DNA from: Gammaproteobacteria bacterium
GTDB taxonomy: Bacteria; Pseudomonadota; Gammaproteobacteria; S012-40
Direction of reading: 5' to 3'
Assembly: GCA_919902765.1 (NCBI GenBank)
Contig: CAKKRP010000063.1
Span: 15,112 to 79,111, forward strand
Length of the DNA stretch: 64,000 bases
Part shown: positions 45,844 to 56,290 of the stretch, piece by piece
How the letters are laid out: every line of letters starts with the position of its first letter
Numbering within the stretch: the first letter of the stretch is position 1
Notes under the pieces: generated by a model
Told to the model about the DNA's origin: nothing
The model's input: the letters and a program-made list of their open reading frames with translations, nothing else
Database searches by the model: none
Made by a program: the position numbers and the translations under genes

Positions 45844-46958
45844 CAGCGACTTCCATAAATGCGGTCATGCAACCACGGCCAGACTTGTTGCAGCGACCAA
45901 CGCCAACCGAAATATTGGGCATACAAGGCCACCACGACAACGCTTAAAATGCTATGCACCCACCATAAACCTAACCACGTCGGCCACACACCCTGGGCGA
46001 GATTGGCCTTGCTCACCATGAGTGCGTTGTAATAAAACACGGCCACGCCTAGTGCTATAAATAGACGCGTAAATCGACCTTGGCGGGGTCTACTCCGCGC
46101 CAGCGGCACCGCCATTAAGGCCAGTAATAAAACGCTCACCGGCATAGACCAACGCCATTGCCACTCGGCGATTTCCGGCAGGCGGTCGCTATGCCATAAA
46201 TCCCAAGTTGCACGCGCGGCGATGGATCTATCGCGCGCCGCGCGCCCGGAGGGGGCCAAACGCACCCCACCTTTTTCATATTGATACACGCGAAATCCAC
46301 CGTCGTTGGGCATCCAACGATAGCGATAACCTTTTTCTAACAATAAATAGTGATCTCCACTGACAGCGTCTTTTGATAAGCTGCCGCGTTGCGCAGAAAA
46401 TATGTTTAATCCAGTCTCATCCTCCATTTGCAAAAATACTTCGCGCATGGTCTTGCCGTCGGGTTCTAGGCCCTCTATATAAAACACCCCCTGCCCCCCG
46501 CGCATTTCTTGGAAACGCCCAGGTTGAATAAAGGCAAATTCCGCATCGGTTGCGGCCTGGTCGCGAACCCGAAACTGTTGTTCTTCGGCCCACGGCGAGA
46601 CTATCAGCGATAGGTAGGACACACCTAACGCAAAGCCAAGCCCGATAATAATGACGCTACGCAAGATGCGCGGTAATCCAATACCGCAGGCCTCCATGGC
46701 CGCCATCTCACTATCTCGGTATAATCGCCCTAGCGCCAATAAGATCGCCAAAAAAACGATTAAAGGGAGCAAAAATACCAGGGAACTCAATAGGTAATAC
46801 CCTAGTATTTTAAATACGAGGGTGGCCGGCAGGGTGCCAGCGGCGGCGTCCGACAAATAACGAACAAAATGTTGGCTTACAAAAATGAGTAAGACCACAC
46901 TCAGCACGGCAGATAAATTGGTGACGATCTCACGAGTTAGATAACGTTGTACGATCAT
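45843..46958 (-). CDS. lptF: LPS export ABC transporter permease LptF
   Basis: The start is set at ATG 46958 (MIVQRYLTREIV...). It is divergent from pepA, as in enterobacteria and pseudomonads, and overlaps the lptG start by 1 nt. Confidence 0.85.
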   Translation of the reverse strand: MIVQRYLTREIVTNLSAVLSVVLLIFVSQHFVRYLSDAAAGTLPATLVFKILGYYLLSSLVFLLPLIVFLAILLALGRLYRDSEMAAMEACGIGLPRILRSVIIIGLGFALGVSYLSLIVSPWAEEQQFRVRDQAATDAEFAFIQPGRFQEMRGGQGVFYIEGLEPDGKTMREVFLQMEDETGLNIFSAQRGSLSKDAVSGDHYLLLEKGYRYRWMPNDGGFRVYQYEKGGVRLAPSGRAARDRSIAARATWDLWHSDRLPEIAEWQWRWSMPVSVLLLALMAVPLARSRPRQGRFTRLFIALGVAVFYYNALMVSKANLAQGVWPTWLGLWWVHSILSVVVVALYAQYFGWRWSLQQVWPWLHDRIYGSR

Positions 46959-47080
46959 TCCTATGCCTTGCGCGTATATTTGGTGCCGTTTGGATTGCGC
47001 TACACTATGATTCAAAAACGCGAATTTATTCTACCACGTTCCCGGCGTTACGCTGGGACATTGCATTGAGAGGTCAAGTT

Positions 47081-48595
47081 GTGGAATTTTTAATCAAGAG
47101 CGGCACGCCTGAAAAGCAACGGACGGCCTGTGTCATTGCCGGCATTTTCGAGACGCGCCGTTTAAGCAATGCGGCACAAAAAATCGACGAGGCCAGCGGC
47201 GGGTTTGTCGCCAATCTGCTCAAACGTGGCGATCTTGAAGGCAAAGTGGGGCAGACCTTGCTGTTGCACAGTGTCCCCAATGTCGTCAGCGATCGTGTGC
47301 TATTGGTAGGCTGTGGCAAAGAACGCGAGCTGACGGAGACGATATATCGCAAACTAATCACCAAGACCATTAACGCCTTGCAAGACACCGGCGCGGGTGA
47401 GGCCGTATGCTTTTTGACGGAACTAAACGTGAAGGGGTTGGATCTGGCGTGGAATATCCGCCAAACTGTTCTCACTGTCAATGATGTGTTATATCGTTTT
47501 GAGCAGACTAAAAGCAAAAAAGATCCACAACGGCATAACTTGCGCCGCCTTATATTGACCGCTCCGGGACGGCGCGAGGTACTGGAAGGTGAAGACATCG
47601 TAAAAGAAGCCACGGCCATTTCGACAGGTGTCAATCTGGCGCGCGATCTCGGCAATTTGCCGGGCAATATCTGCACCCCGGCCTATTTGGCGGAACAAGC
47701 AATTCAGATCGGAATCCGTCACCCGGCCATAAAAGTGACCGTGCTGGATGCCGATGATGCCGAGGTGCGCAATATGGGTGCATTTTTATCGGTGTCCAGC
47801 GGCAGCCGCCAACCGCCTAAATTTATCACTATGGAATACTACGGCGATGCGCCTGACGCCGCCCCCTACGTGTTGGTCGGCAAAGGACTGACTTTTGACG
47901 CGGGGGGAATTTCATTAAAGCAACCCGGCGGCATGGATGAGATGAAGTTTGACATGTGTGGTGGCGCAGCAGTGCTCGCTACGCTGCAAATCGCCGCCAC
48001 GTTGGCCCTGCCCTTAAATGTGATCGGCGTGGTTCCCGCGAGCGAAAATCTCCCCGATGGCAACGCCAATAAACCGGGCGACGTGGTAACCAGCTTGGCG
48101 GGGCTCACCATTGAAATCCTCAATACCGATGCCGAAGGGCGCTTGATTCTATGCGATGCGCTGACCTACGTCGAACGTTACAAACCCAAGGTAGTCATCG
48201 ATATCGCCACCCTGACCGGCGCATGTGTCGTGGCGCTGGGTAAACATGCGAGCGGGCTATTGAGCAATCACGCCAGCCTCGCCCACGATATCCTCACCGC
48301 CGGCAAGGATAGTGGCGACCGTGCCTGGGAATTGCCGTTGTGGGAAGAATATCAAGACGGCCTCAAAAGCAATTTCGCCGATCTGGCCAACGTCGCCGGA
48401 CATCGCGAGGCGGGGGCGATTATGGGGGCATGCTTCCTCGCGCATTTCACCAAAAAATATCATTGGGCGCACCTCGACATCGCGGGTACGGCTTGGTTGG
48501 GTGGGGGTGATAAAGGCTCTACCGGGCGACCAGTACCGCTCTTGGCCCGCTATCTATTGGACCGCGTAGCGGCCAAATCCCGCGTTAAGGCATAA
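47081..48595 (+). CDS. pepA: Leucyl aminopeptidase PepA
   Basis: The GTG start at 47081 gives MEFLIKSGTPEKQRTACVIAG, matching the canonical PepA N-terminus. It contains the M17 active-site motif NTDAEGRL. Confidence 0.92.
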   Translation: MEFLIKSGTPEKQRTACVIAGIFETRRLSNAAQKIDEASGGFVANLLKRGDLEGKVGQTLLLHSVPNVVSDRVLLVGCGKERELTETIYRKLITKTINALQDTGAGEAVCFLTELNVKGLDLAWNIRQTVLTVNDVLYRFEQTKSKKDPQRHNLRRLILTAPGRREVLEGEDIVKEATAISTGVNLARDLGNLPGNICTPAYLAEQAIQIGIRHPAIKVTVLDADDAEVRNMGAFLSVSSGSRQPPKFITMEYYGDAPDAAPYVLVGKGLTFDAGGISLKQPGGMDEMKFDMCGGAAVLATLQIAATLALPLNVIGVVPASENLPDGNANKPGDVVTSLAGLTIEILNTDAEGRLILCDALTYVERYKPKVVIDIATLTGACVVALGKHASGLLSNHASLAHDILTAGKDSGDRAWELPLWEEYQDGLKSNFADLANVAGHREAGAIMGACFLAHFTKKYHWAHLDIAGTAWLGGGDKGSTGRPVPLLARYLLDRVAAKSRVKA

Positions 48596-48636
48596 ATATT
48601 GCTGCAATTACAACAAGGTATAAATGGCGACCGTCT

Positions 48637-49062
48637 ATGACACAAGTGGATTTCTACCTGCTCAACGAAACGTCCGCCCAGGCGCGCCACTTGGTGGCGT
48701 GTCGCATTGTCGAAAAGGCCTTTCAAACCCAACAAACCGTCTACATCCACGTCGATACCCCGCGCGAGGCCAGCCAAATTGATGATTTGCTGTGGTCTTT
48801 CCGTCCCGGCAGTTTTATTCCGCATCGTGTAAACACGACCGATCAAGAGGCCGCTCAAGTCACTATTTCTGCGACGCCCCAGACCTCTTGTTCCGCTCAC
48901 GTCCTCGTCAATTTATCGCAACACGTGCCCGAATTCTTTCAACAGTTTGCGCGCGTGGTCGAGATCGTGGAAGGCGACGAACAGACGCGCCAACGTGGCC
49001 GTGAGCGTTTCCGGTACTACCGCAATATCGGCATCACCCCCCTCACCCACCACCTCACCTAA
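48637..49062 (+). CDS. holC: DNA polymerase III chi subunit HolC
   Basis: 141 aa with a chi-like N-terminus (VDFYLL...) and DDLLWSFRPGSFIPH. The pepA-holC synteny is conserved. Confidence 0.85.
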   Translation: MTQVDFYLLNETSAQARHLVACRIVEKAFQTQQTVYIHVDTPREASQIDDLLWSFRPGSFIPHRVNTTDQEAAQVTISATPQTSCSAHVLVNLSQHVPEFFQQFARVVEIVEGDEQTRQRGRERFRYYRNIGITPLTHHLT

Positions 49063-49072
49063 GGAACCTACC

Positions 49073-50278
49073 GTGGAAACGAGATCCGAAATGAGCGCTA
49101 CCCCTCTCTTAAGCGATATCGCCTTAGATCCTCAACGCCATCATGTCGATGATCCCATGCTGGCGGATCTCAACGCATTGACGGCCGCAGAAGGCCTCGC
49201 TACCCGAAGCCTAGGAAACACACCGGTACGCAATGTGGTCGATCCCATATTGACACCTAGCGAAGATATTCCTTTATTGATGGATGCCATCGCCGTGGAT
49301 CCCACTCCAACGACGCCCGCGTTGACCTCGGGCGATATTCCAGAGGTCAATAGCGTCATGATCCCCGCCAATGGCGGACCGGCTGAACCGATGGCATCGG
49401 CCCATAGCGCCTATGCGTCGCCGTCGCGCCCAGGATTCGCCACCGAGTCACGCTCGGCGCCACCGGCGTTATCGCTCGTCACCAAACCGCGCGCCACGAT
49501 GCGTGCCGCCGATGGTCCGGAACCCGATACTGCGTCTATCCTCAGCCTAGTCGAGGATCCCGGTGTGATGCAACAACCATCGGAGGCTACTGAAGTATTA
49601 GATGATGCGGGCTTGTTAGCGCTGCTCAATGCGCCGACGCAAGCGGTCTCCGCCGCGCGCCCGTCCCCAGAGGATATGCCACCCGATATCGCGCTCGGAT
49701 CGCACACGATAGAAGACGCAAATGCCGCACCCGACGAACCACTTGAATTCTCGCACGCCGCGCCGCCGCCCGATTTCTCCGAACCACCGACGAGCTCCAC
49801 TTCGCAACTGATCGGTCGCCTAACCCTCGAAGAACAGGAGATACCGGAATTATCTCTGGCCTCGCTCAATTTGGAAGAATCGACCCCTGTCGCGCATACC
49901 GGCAAAAGCGCGGAACCACCATCATCTTCAAAATCGCGATCTGCCCTATTGGCGCTGCAAAATAGTTTAGACGCTGCGCCGGAAACCGCACCCCACAGCC
50001 CCATCAACGCCGCCGCCCATACCTTGGCGGGCGAATTACAACAACAGCTTTATCGCAAAATAGATCAATTGATTGTCGATACCGTGGATACGCTGACGCG
50101 TGATTTACATACCCAACTCGGCAGCCGCATTGAGGCTATGGTGCTCGCCACGATTGATGAATCGTTGCCACCCTTGTTAGAACAATTTGCGCGCGGGCTA
50201 CACAATGAATTGCGTCCTAAACTTCAAAGCAAATTGCCTGAATTACTTTTTGAAGTATTAGGAAAAACAAAATACTAG
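49073..50278 (+). CDS. Hypothetical acidic, Pro/Ala/Ser-rich low-complexity protein with a helical C-terminal domain
   Basis: A long ORF follows holC. The part of the track ORF upstream of 49062 overlaps holC and is discarded. Candidate starts are GTG 49073 (AAGGA 7 nt upstream) and ATG 49091. I recognise no family. Confidence 0.45.
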   Translation: METRSEMSATPLLSDIALDPQRHHVDDPMLADLNALTAAEGLATRSLGNTPVRNVVDPILTPSEDIPLLMDAIAVDPTPTTPALTSGDIPEVNSVMIPANGGPAEPMASAHSAYASPSRPGFATESRSAPPALSLVTKPRATMRAADGPEPDTASILSLVEDPGVMQQPSEATEVLDDAGLLALLNAPTQAVSAARPSPEDMPPDIALGSHTIEDANAAPDEPLEFSHAAPPPDFSEPPTSSTSQLIGRLTLEEQEIPELSLASLNLEESTPVAHTGKSAEPPSSSKSRSALLALQNSLDAAPETAPHSPINAAAHTLAGELQQQLYRKIDQLIVDTVDTLTRDLHTQLGSRIEAMVLATIDESLPPLLEQFARGLHNELRPKLQSKLPELLFEVLGKTKY

Positions 50279-50289
50279 AAGTTACCCCG

Positions 50290-50796
50290 TTACGCCTCGA
50301 CCAATGCATCGCGTTGCGCCCGTTGCTGGCGCAACGCCGTGGTCAAAACACCTTCGAGTTTTTCCAAATCTGGAATCATTGCCGACTCGCCATTTACCTG
50401 CAAATACCCGTTTGCATACGCATGACTAACGCTTGGGTTGGATGCAACATCGGTATTATGCGCATCGACATGTAACAATTTAGGTACATCGCAAGTCGAT
50501 AATGCATATAAACGCGGTTCGGTCTTGCTCAGCAAACTGCGCATAATGACTACCAACGCTGCATGATCGGGATGGTCAACATTCGTATATTCGACTTCAT
50601 CTAAAGTTACTACCGGTAATACCTGACCACGCCACTGAATTTCTCCGAGCATACAATTGTTACCACGCCGCCAATGTACACGCCTGTTCAAACGATACAC
50701 CTCCACTGTGGTGGATACAGGCACTACCACGCTAAATCGTAGCAATGGAATCAACAGGCAGTTTACGCTTACGTTGGTTTCCACCGGCATGATCAA
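50290..50796 (-). CDS. CheW-like coupling protein (ChpC-like)
   Basis: 168 aa with a CheW-like pattern (...LGEIQWRGQVLPVVTLDE...). Its ATG overlaps the chpA stop (ATGA). Confidence 0.68.
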   Translation of the reverse strand: MIMPVETNVSVNCLLIPLLRFSVVVPVSTTVEVYRLNRRVHWRRGNNCMLGEIQWRGQVLPVVTLDEVEYTNVDHPDHAALVVIMRSLLSKTEPRLYALSTCDVPKLLHVDAHNTDVASNPSVSHAYANGYLQVNGESAMIPDLEKLEGVLTTALRQQRAQRDALVEA

Positions 50797-53700
50797 TGAC
50801 CTCTAATACCTTCGTTGGTCGTTAGTCGATATATATGGTCTAAAAGTTCCGTTTCTTGGTAAGGCTTGCCCAAGAACAAATTGACACCCAACTCCTCGGC
50901 ATAACTAATATGCTTAGGACTGCTGCGTGACGAAATCATAATAATAGGCAACCCTTGCCAACGCTGATCATGACGGATACGTTTAGTAAACTCGAATCCG
51001 TCCATGCGCGGCATTTCTATGTCCAACAACACGATATCCGGATGTTTTTCTTCCAATTGTTGCAATGCTTCTATTCCATCCTTGGCGGTAGAAACATTCA
51101 TTTGATGCCGCAATAAAAACCGCTCCGTCACTTTTCTGACTGTCACCGAATCATCGACCACTAACACTTTAAGTGTATCATCCGCCAATTGCGCAGCAGA
51201 AGAAATCGCATCGGCCGCTTGGTCGCCTTGCGCCAGCGAGACTTTAAACAACCGCGCGATATCCAAGATGAGCGCCACACGTCCGTCACCCAGTACCGTC
51301 GCCCCGGTCACATAGGGAATATTTTGAAACTGCGTTCCGGCCGGTTTTACAAATAGTTCACGTTCGCCCAGAATTTCATCCACTAACAGCGCCGCGCGAT
51401 AATCACCTTGCTTGACCAACACCAGCGGCTGATCGCGTACCACGCGCCGCATTTCCGGTTGATTAATCAATTCAGCGAACCGCCAAAAATGATAGGTCGC
51501 GCCGTTGAACGCATAGCTGGGGTTTTGCACCAAATACAAGCGTTCCAATATTTCCATAGGCACAGCCGCTTCGACATGTTCTATCTGTACTACAGGAAGC
51601 GCAAATATCTGCTCACCCTGCCTTACGAGCAACACCTGATGCATGGCCATCGTAAAAGGCAATACTATGGTAAAAGCGGTGCCCAGTCCGCTATGGCTTT
51701 CAACATGTAAACTGCCGCCCATTTGCAGGATCTCTCGATTGGCTGCATCCAAGCCGACACCGCGCCCCGCGATTTGGGTAACCGCTTTGGCCGTGCTAAA
51801 ACCCGGTTCCAGAATTAAATGCACCAGCTCTTCCTGCGACAATACTTGATCGGTGCGCACCAGCCCTTTTTCTAAAGCCTTGTTGCGTACCGCCGACAAA
51901 TCGATGCCCGCGCCATCGTCGGATACCTCAAGAATATTTTTCTGACCATCTTTACGCAGGCGTACCGTTAAAACGCCCTCTGTCGGCTTGCCTACCGCGC
52001 GCCGCTCTTGTTCGCTTTCTATGCCATGCGCCAACGCATTCCGCAAAATGTGTTCTAACGGTCCCATTAAACGATCTAATAATACGCGGTCCAATTTCCC
52101 ATCGACACCTTCTAAGTTTAAGCGCGCTTTTTTTCCTAACTCTTCCGACGTTTTGCGTATTAATCTCTGTAGGCGCTGAGCCTGACGCCCAAAAGGCACC
52201 ATGCGCGCGCTCAACAAACCTTCGTGCAAACTGCGATGCACCTTGGTTTGTTGCTTTAACATCGAATTTGCATCGTGAAAAAGCTTGATAAAATTACTTT
52301 GCAGAGTCATCAATTCACCCACCGTACCCGCGAGTTCGCCGGCGATTTGTTGTTGTTCGGTAAAATGCTGAAGATCCAGCGGATCGGCGGTAGGGCTGCG
52401 CGCAACCCTAGAAAATCCCGGCTGGTCGCTACGATTTTCAACATCGCGCACTTGCTCGCGCAATTTCTGCAACATGCGATCAAAATCCGTCACTAAATGC
52501 TTGAACCCCCTGAATTGCATCTCCATGCGTTCAAGCAAAATATTGCCTTCTCCTCCAAAATTGACCAATTGATCCAAATCTTCGGCATTGACCCGTAACG
52601 GTTCCGCCTTTTTCTGCGCATCCTCGTTGAGGGCTGCATCCGCAAGCGATGCCTGGTTATCAAATGCATATTGAACAACCGCGCCTCGCGACGAAATAGT
52701 GCTTGCCGCTAACGTAGTCGCCGGCGTCTCCGTGTTGACGGCAGGTGACGCAGTCACCGGGGCTGCGGTTGCAGCGCTATTGCCTGCCTGCAATACCGAT
52801 AAGGACACCAGCAAACGACTATCGCTATGAGGAATTTCTCCACGTCGCACCTCGTCAACCAAATCCAGCAAGGCATCCATCGCCTTAGTAACGCCTACGC
52901 GCACCTGAGGATCAAAAACTACACGATTGCCGCTGACGGTTTCCAACAACGATTCCAGTGCATGTGCAAGATCGCCCACCGGCTTAATGCCCGCGACCCG
53001 CGCGCCGCCCTTAATAGTATGCACAATACGCAACAACTCCGCCACGCCGTCGGTGCGACGCCGCTCGTCATCCAGCAATGCAATGACAGATTCAATACCT
53101 TCGGTTAATTTTTGAACCTCATCTAAAAATATTTCTAGCAACGACTGCCCTTCCTCGGCCGTGTCGATGCGTGTACTTTGCGTACCGGCGTCAGCGGGAA
53201 CGACGAACTCAGCCGCCAATGAACGTTGTAAAGAACGCGTATCCACGGAACGCGCCGATTGCGACTGTAGTCCCACCACGAGCATATCGATGGTGTTGCA
53301 AAATTCTCTCAACAAATTTAGCGTCTGCGAATCCGCAGAAACCTGCGCCTCTTTTAGGCGGCCGAAAAAATTTTCCAGCAAACTAGAAAGCCGGGCGATT
53401 TCGGCCAAATCTAATGTCGCTGCGTTGGTGGTAATGGATTTTACCGTATATATCAGATCATCCGTTACCCGGCATCCGTGTGGTGAAGACGCGCAATCAT
53501 TGATGAAGCGACGAATACTGGCCAACGATGCGCCCACCTCAACGACAAAACTCGTTAGTAGATCCGTGGGGGACGCATTTGTATCCGCACTGCCGGACAC
53601 TCTAGGCGCACCCTCTTCACTACGTGCCGGCGCTTGCATAATGCGTTGTATTTGACTTAAAAAGTCGCGTCCCATATCGGGCGGCGGTTGTTTATGCTTA

Positions 53701-55910
53701 AACGCTTCAACCGCCCCTTGTAACGCGGTTGGCGCCACCGAAAGCACCGCCATTGTCTGACTATTCAAGATGATATTGTCATTCGTCAAGGACGCGGCGA
53801 ATTTTTCGACCTGTGCCGCGATCTCCGCAACATCCACCGCCTGTACGATGCGCGCACTACCGTTGAGCGTATGACAAATACGCTGCATCAACAACAGGAG
53901 TTCCATCGACGATTTTCCTTCGTTCAGCGCCTTGAGAATCTCGCGAATACTCAAGACCTGCTCATCGGCCTCTTCGAAAAAAATTCCGATTACTTCTTCG
54001 TCTATGGGCTCTGCAGGTTCATCCATAGGTGACAAAACAAGCTTATCGTGCAGGCTTTCCGTAGAATTTATAGCGTCACCCGACTCATCGGCAGGCTTTT
54101 CCATAGGTTTTGCCTTGGGCATAGGCACACCCTTAGGACGAAAACTCGCGGTTTTTTGTATTGCGGCCTCGGACTCCTGAACTAACAACAATGCGGCGGC
54201 GTGATCTCCATGCTCACTTAACAGCGTTTCCAAAAACATTTCAAAACTCATAATCGCTTCCGCCAGCACATCAAGAAATTCCTCCTGAGGCGCGCCGTCT
54301 ACTTCTAATATTTTTTGTTCAATATGTTGCACAAGACGACCCGCCAAACGCGCCGCCACCGCAAATTCCAACATATTCAAACAACCTTCAATTTCCCGTA
54401 ACAGACCCGGCACGCCCACAGGTAATCGCTGCGTGGAGGGATCTCCCACGTACGCAAGTATACGTTGTTTGATAGTATTGAAATTGCTAATACATTGCTT
54501 AAGCGCTTGGTTGCGAATTTTGCGTAATTCCGCGCCAGGCGCGGTGCGAAATGATGTTGGACTATTCATTGAGGATATTCTCCCATCGGAATCGACGGTT
54601 GATCCGAAATCTGCATATTCAGGCTGTGCCATTAGATGCACACGTAAATTATTTAGCACCGCCTCGACCTTTAGCAATTGCTCGGCAATCGTTAACATTT
54701 GAATTTCATTCGGAACTTCATTGCGAGTCAAACAATCCCGCAAGAACTGCAAATTAGCGGTCAGTATGAGTTGGGCATCCCCCATACCTAGCAACGTCAA
54801 CGTATCGGCGCTTGATTTTAATATATCAATGGCTTCGGACAACAAGGCTGAATCGCGCCGTTCACCGTAGGTGTAACTGTCTAACAACACCTTAACGCGC
54901 GCCAATTCTTCCTTAATAGCGACCGCAATGGTCTCCGGTAAATTCTGCATCGGGCCGCTTAGATCGGTCAATGCTTGCTTCAAGCTATCGGCATCCGGAA
55001 GCAAGCGATCAAGCGCATATTGGTTTTTGATGTCTCTTACTCGCAAACTCACCACCGGCGCCCTTGCGATATAGTAAAGCATGTTTTTCATCAAATCTTG
55101 CAGTGGCTGCCGGTTAAACGCATCCTCGCCTAGATCACGTATCACTTTGAGCACGCGATCTAATTTTCCAAACAATACCCTGACTGCAACAGACAACTCT
55201 ATCGCCTGATTAAGCACAGCATCGATTAAACCGCGCGCGATCCACCATGTTTGATGGGAATAGGGATTGCGCGAGGCGCGTTCCATACGATGAATAATAG
55301 TGGTGAGCTGTAATAAACCGCGATCGTCACCCGGGTCGTTATACCAACGTAACAGGCCTGACTGGTAATATGGGCGCAATCTTCTCGCCATCGTTTGCGC
55401 GCTATGTTTGCCGGTGGCGGCGACCGGGGGCCGAGCGCCTAAATTGGGGGAAAATAAGGCCATTTCCGACAACATTGGCGCCTGCTGTACAGCCCTCAAA
55501 TCATTTAACAACGGCAATAATACTAATGGGGCGGCGGCTTCGCCGCGCGCCGTCTGCTCGATATAAGTTTCTAGCGATAACGTCGCCCGTACCAACACCT
55601 CGAATTCTTCGGAATTGAAACCGTCTTGACGCTTGGAAATAGTCTCTGTAGCGGCGAGTATATCTTCTGCAAGTAAGCGTAATCCGCCTAGTTCTAGAAT
55701 ATGCACGACACCGCGAACTTGATTGATATGTTCACAAAAAATCGTCAACTGAGCAACGGCATGCGGCGCTATACCATAGGCCTCCAACGCACCGCGCGCA
55801 TTCGCCAACGATAACCGCAAATCGGCAAGCACCTGACCAAGCGCTTGAATACGATCAAATGCCGGATGATCCGCGATGTCTATTACATCATTCTCTGGAA
55901 TGGTGTCCAT
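50793..55910 (-). CDS. chpA: ChpA/PilL-like hybrid histidine kinase (multiple Hpt domains, CheA kinase core, CheW-like domain, C-terminal receiver)
   Basis: 1705 aa with Hpt signatures (ICHTLNGSARIV, IVHTIKGGARVAG), the H-ATPase core (HILRNALAHGIE...DDGAGID...GRGVGLD) and a C-terminal REC domain (VLVVDDS...LLDIEMPRMDGF). Confidence 0.88.
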   Translation of the reverse strand: MDTIPENDVIDIADHPAFDRIQALGQVLADLRLSLANARGALEAYGIAPHAVAQLTIFCEHINQVRGVVHILELGGLRLLAEDILAATETISKRQDGFNSEEFEVLVRATLSLETYIEQTARGEAAAPLVLLPLLNDLRAVQQAPMLSEMALFSPNLGARPPVAATGKHSAQTMARRLRPYYQSGLLRWYNDPGDDRGLLQLTTIIHRMERASRNPYSHQTWWIARGLIDAVLNQAIELSVAVRVLFGKLDRVLKVIRDLGEDAFNRQPLQDLMKNMLYYIARAPVVSLRVRDIKNQYALDRLLPDADSLKQALTDLSGPMQNLPETIAVAIKEELARVKVLLDSYTYGERRDSALLSEAIDILKSSADTLTLLGMGDAQLILTANLQFLRDCLTRNEVPNEIQMLTIAEQLLKVEAVLNNLRVHLMAQPEYADFGSTVDSDGRISSMNSPTSFRTAPGAELRKIRNQALKQCISNFNTIKQRILAYVGDPSTQRLPVGVPGLLREIEGCLNMLEFAVAARLAGRLVQHIEQKILEVDGAPQEEFLDVLAEAIMSFEMFLETLLSEHGDHAAALLLVQESEAAIQKTASFRPKGVPMPKAKPMEKPADESGDAINSTESLHDKLVLSPMDEPAEPIDEEVIGIFFEEADEQVLSIREILKALNEGKSSMELLLLMQRICHTLNGSARIVQAVDVAEIAAQVEKFAASLTNDNIILNSQTMAVLSVAPTALQGAVEAFKHKQPPPDMGRDFLSQIQRIMQAPARSEEGAPRVSGSADTNASPTDLLTSFVVEVGASLASIRRFINDCASSPHGCRVTDDLIYTVKSITTNAATLDLAEIARLSSLLENFFGRLKEAQVSADSQTLNLLREFCNTIDMLVVGLQSQSARSVDTRSLQRSLAAEFVVPADAGTQSTRIDTAEEGQSLLEIFLDEVQKLTEGIESVIALLDDERRRTDGVAELLRIVHTIKGGARVAGIKPVGDLAHALESLLETVSGNRVVFDPQVRVGVTKAMDALLDLVDEVRRGEIPHSDSRLLVSLSVLQAGNSAATAAPVTASPAVNTETPATTLAASTISSRGAVVQYAFDNQASLADAALNEDAQKKAEPLRVNAEDLDQLVNFGGEGNILLERMEMQFRGFKHLVTDFDRMLQKLREQVRDVENRSDQPGFSRVARSPTADPLDLQHFTEQQQIAGELAGTVGELMTLQSNFIKLFHDANSMLKQQTKVHRSLHEGLLSARMVPFGRQAQRLQRLIRKTSEELGKKARLNLEGVDGKLDRVLLDRLMGPLEHILRNALAHGIESEQERRAVGKPTEGVLTVRLRKDGQKNILEVSDDGAGIDLSAVRNKALEKGLVRTDQVLSQEELVHLILEPGFSTAKAVTQIAGRGVGLDAANREILQMGGSLHVESHSGLGTAFTIVLPFTMAMHQVLLVRQGEQIFALPVVQIEHVEAAVPMEILERLYLVQNPSYAFNGATYHFWRFAELINQPEMRRVVRDQPLVLVKQGDYRAALLVDEILGERELFVKPAGTQFQNIPYVTGATVLGDGRVALILDIARLFKVSLAQGDQAADAISSAAQLADDTLKVLVVDDSVTVRKVTERFLLRHQMNVSTAKDGIEALQQLEEKHPDIVLLDIEMPRMDGFEFTKRIRHDQRWQGLPIIMISSRSSPKHISYAEELGVNLFLGKPYQETELLDHIYRLTTNEGIRGH

Positions 55911-56290
55911 TATCCTCTCGACCGCCGTGATACCAAAAGACAGCGTTGTGCGATATGGGAACCTCCGAATTCATTAAACCCGCATACCCCGCGTCGCTCG
56001 CCCTGTTATAGTGTTTTAGATAAATTTGCAACGCACGAACAGTGACTTAATGCATTCCCCGGTTGCCCTCCCCCCTCATCATTTACTTTACACTTCCCCA
56101 AGGTGGAACATAGTACGAATAGCTTGTCCCAGCCTTAAACCCGCCGTTAAGCGCGTCACCGAATAACGCAATACCTAAAAAACGATTACTAATCAGTAAA
56201 ATAGGCGTCGCAGATGGACTTTGTCCGGGTGCGCTAAATAACACATACTGTCTGTAAGCATAGGCGCGAAAAACCTGCTTTATTTGTCAA

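Noticed and set aside
49411-50007. 198-aa minus-strand ORF antisense to the Pro/Ala-rich gene
   Set aside because: It is shorter than the plus-strand frame and lacks a start context. The plus-strand frame continues into a well-formed helical C-terminal domain. I keep it only as a caveat in the corresponding finding.
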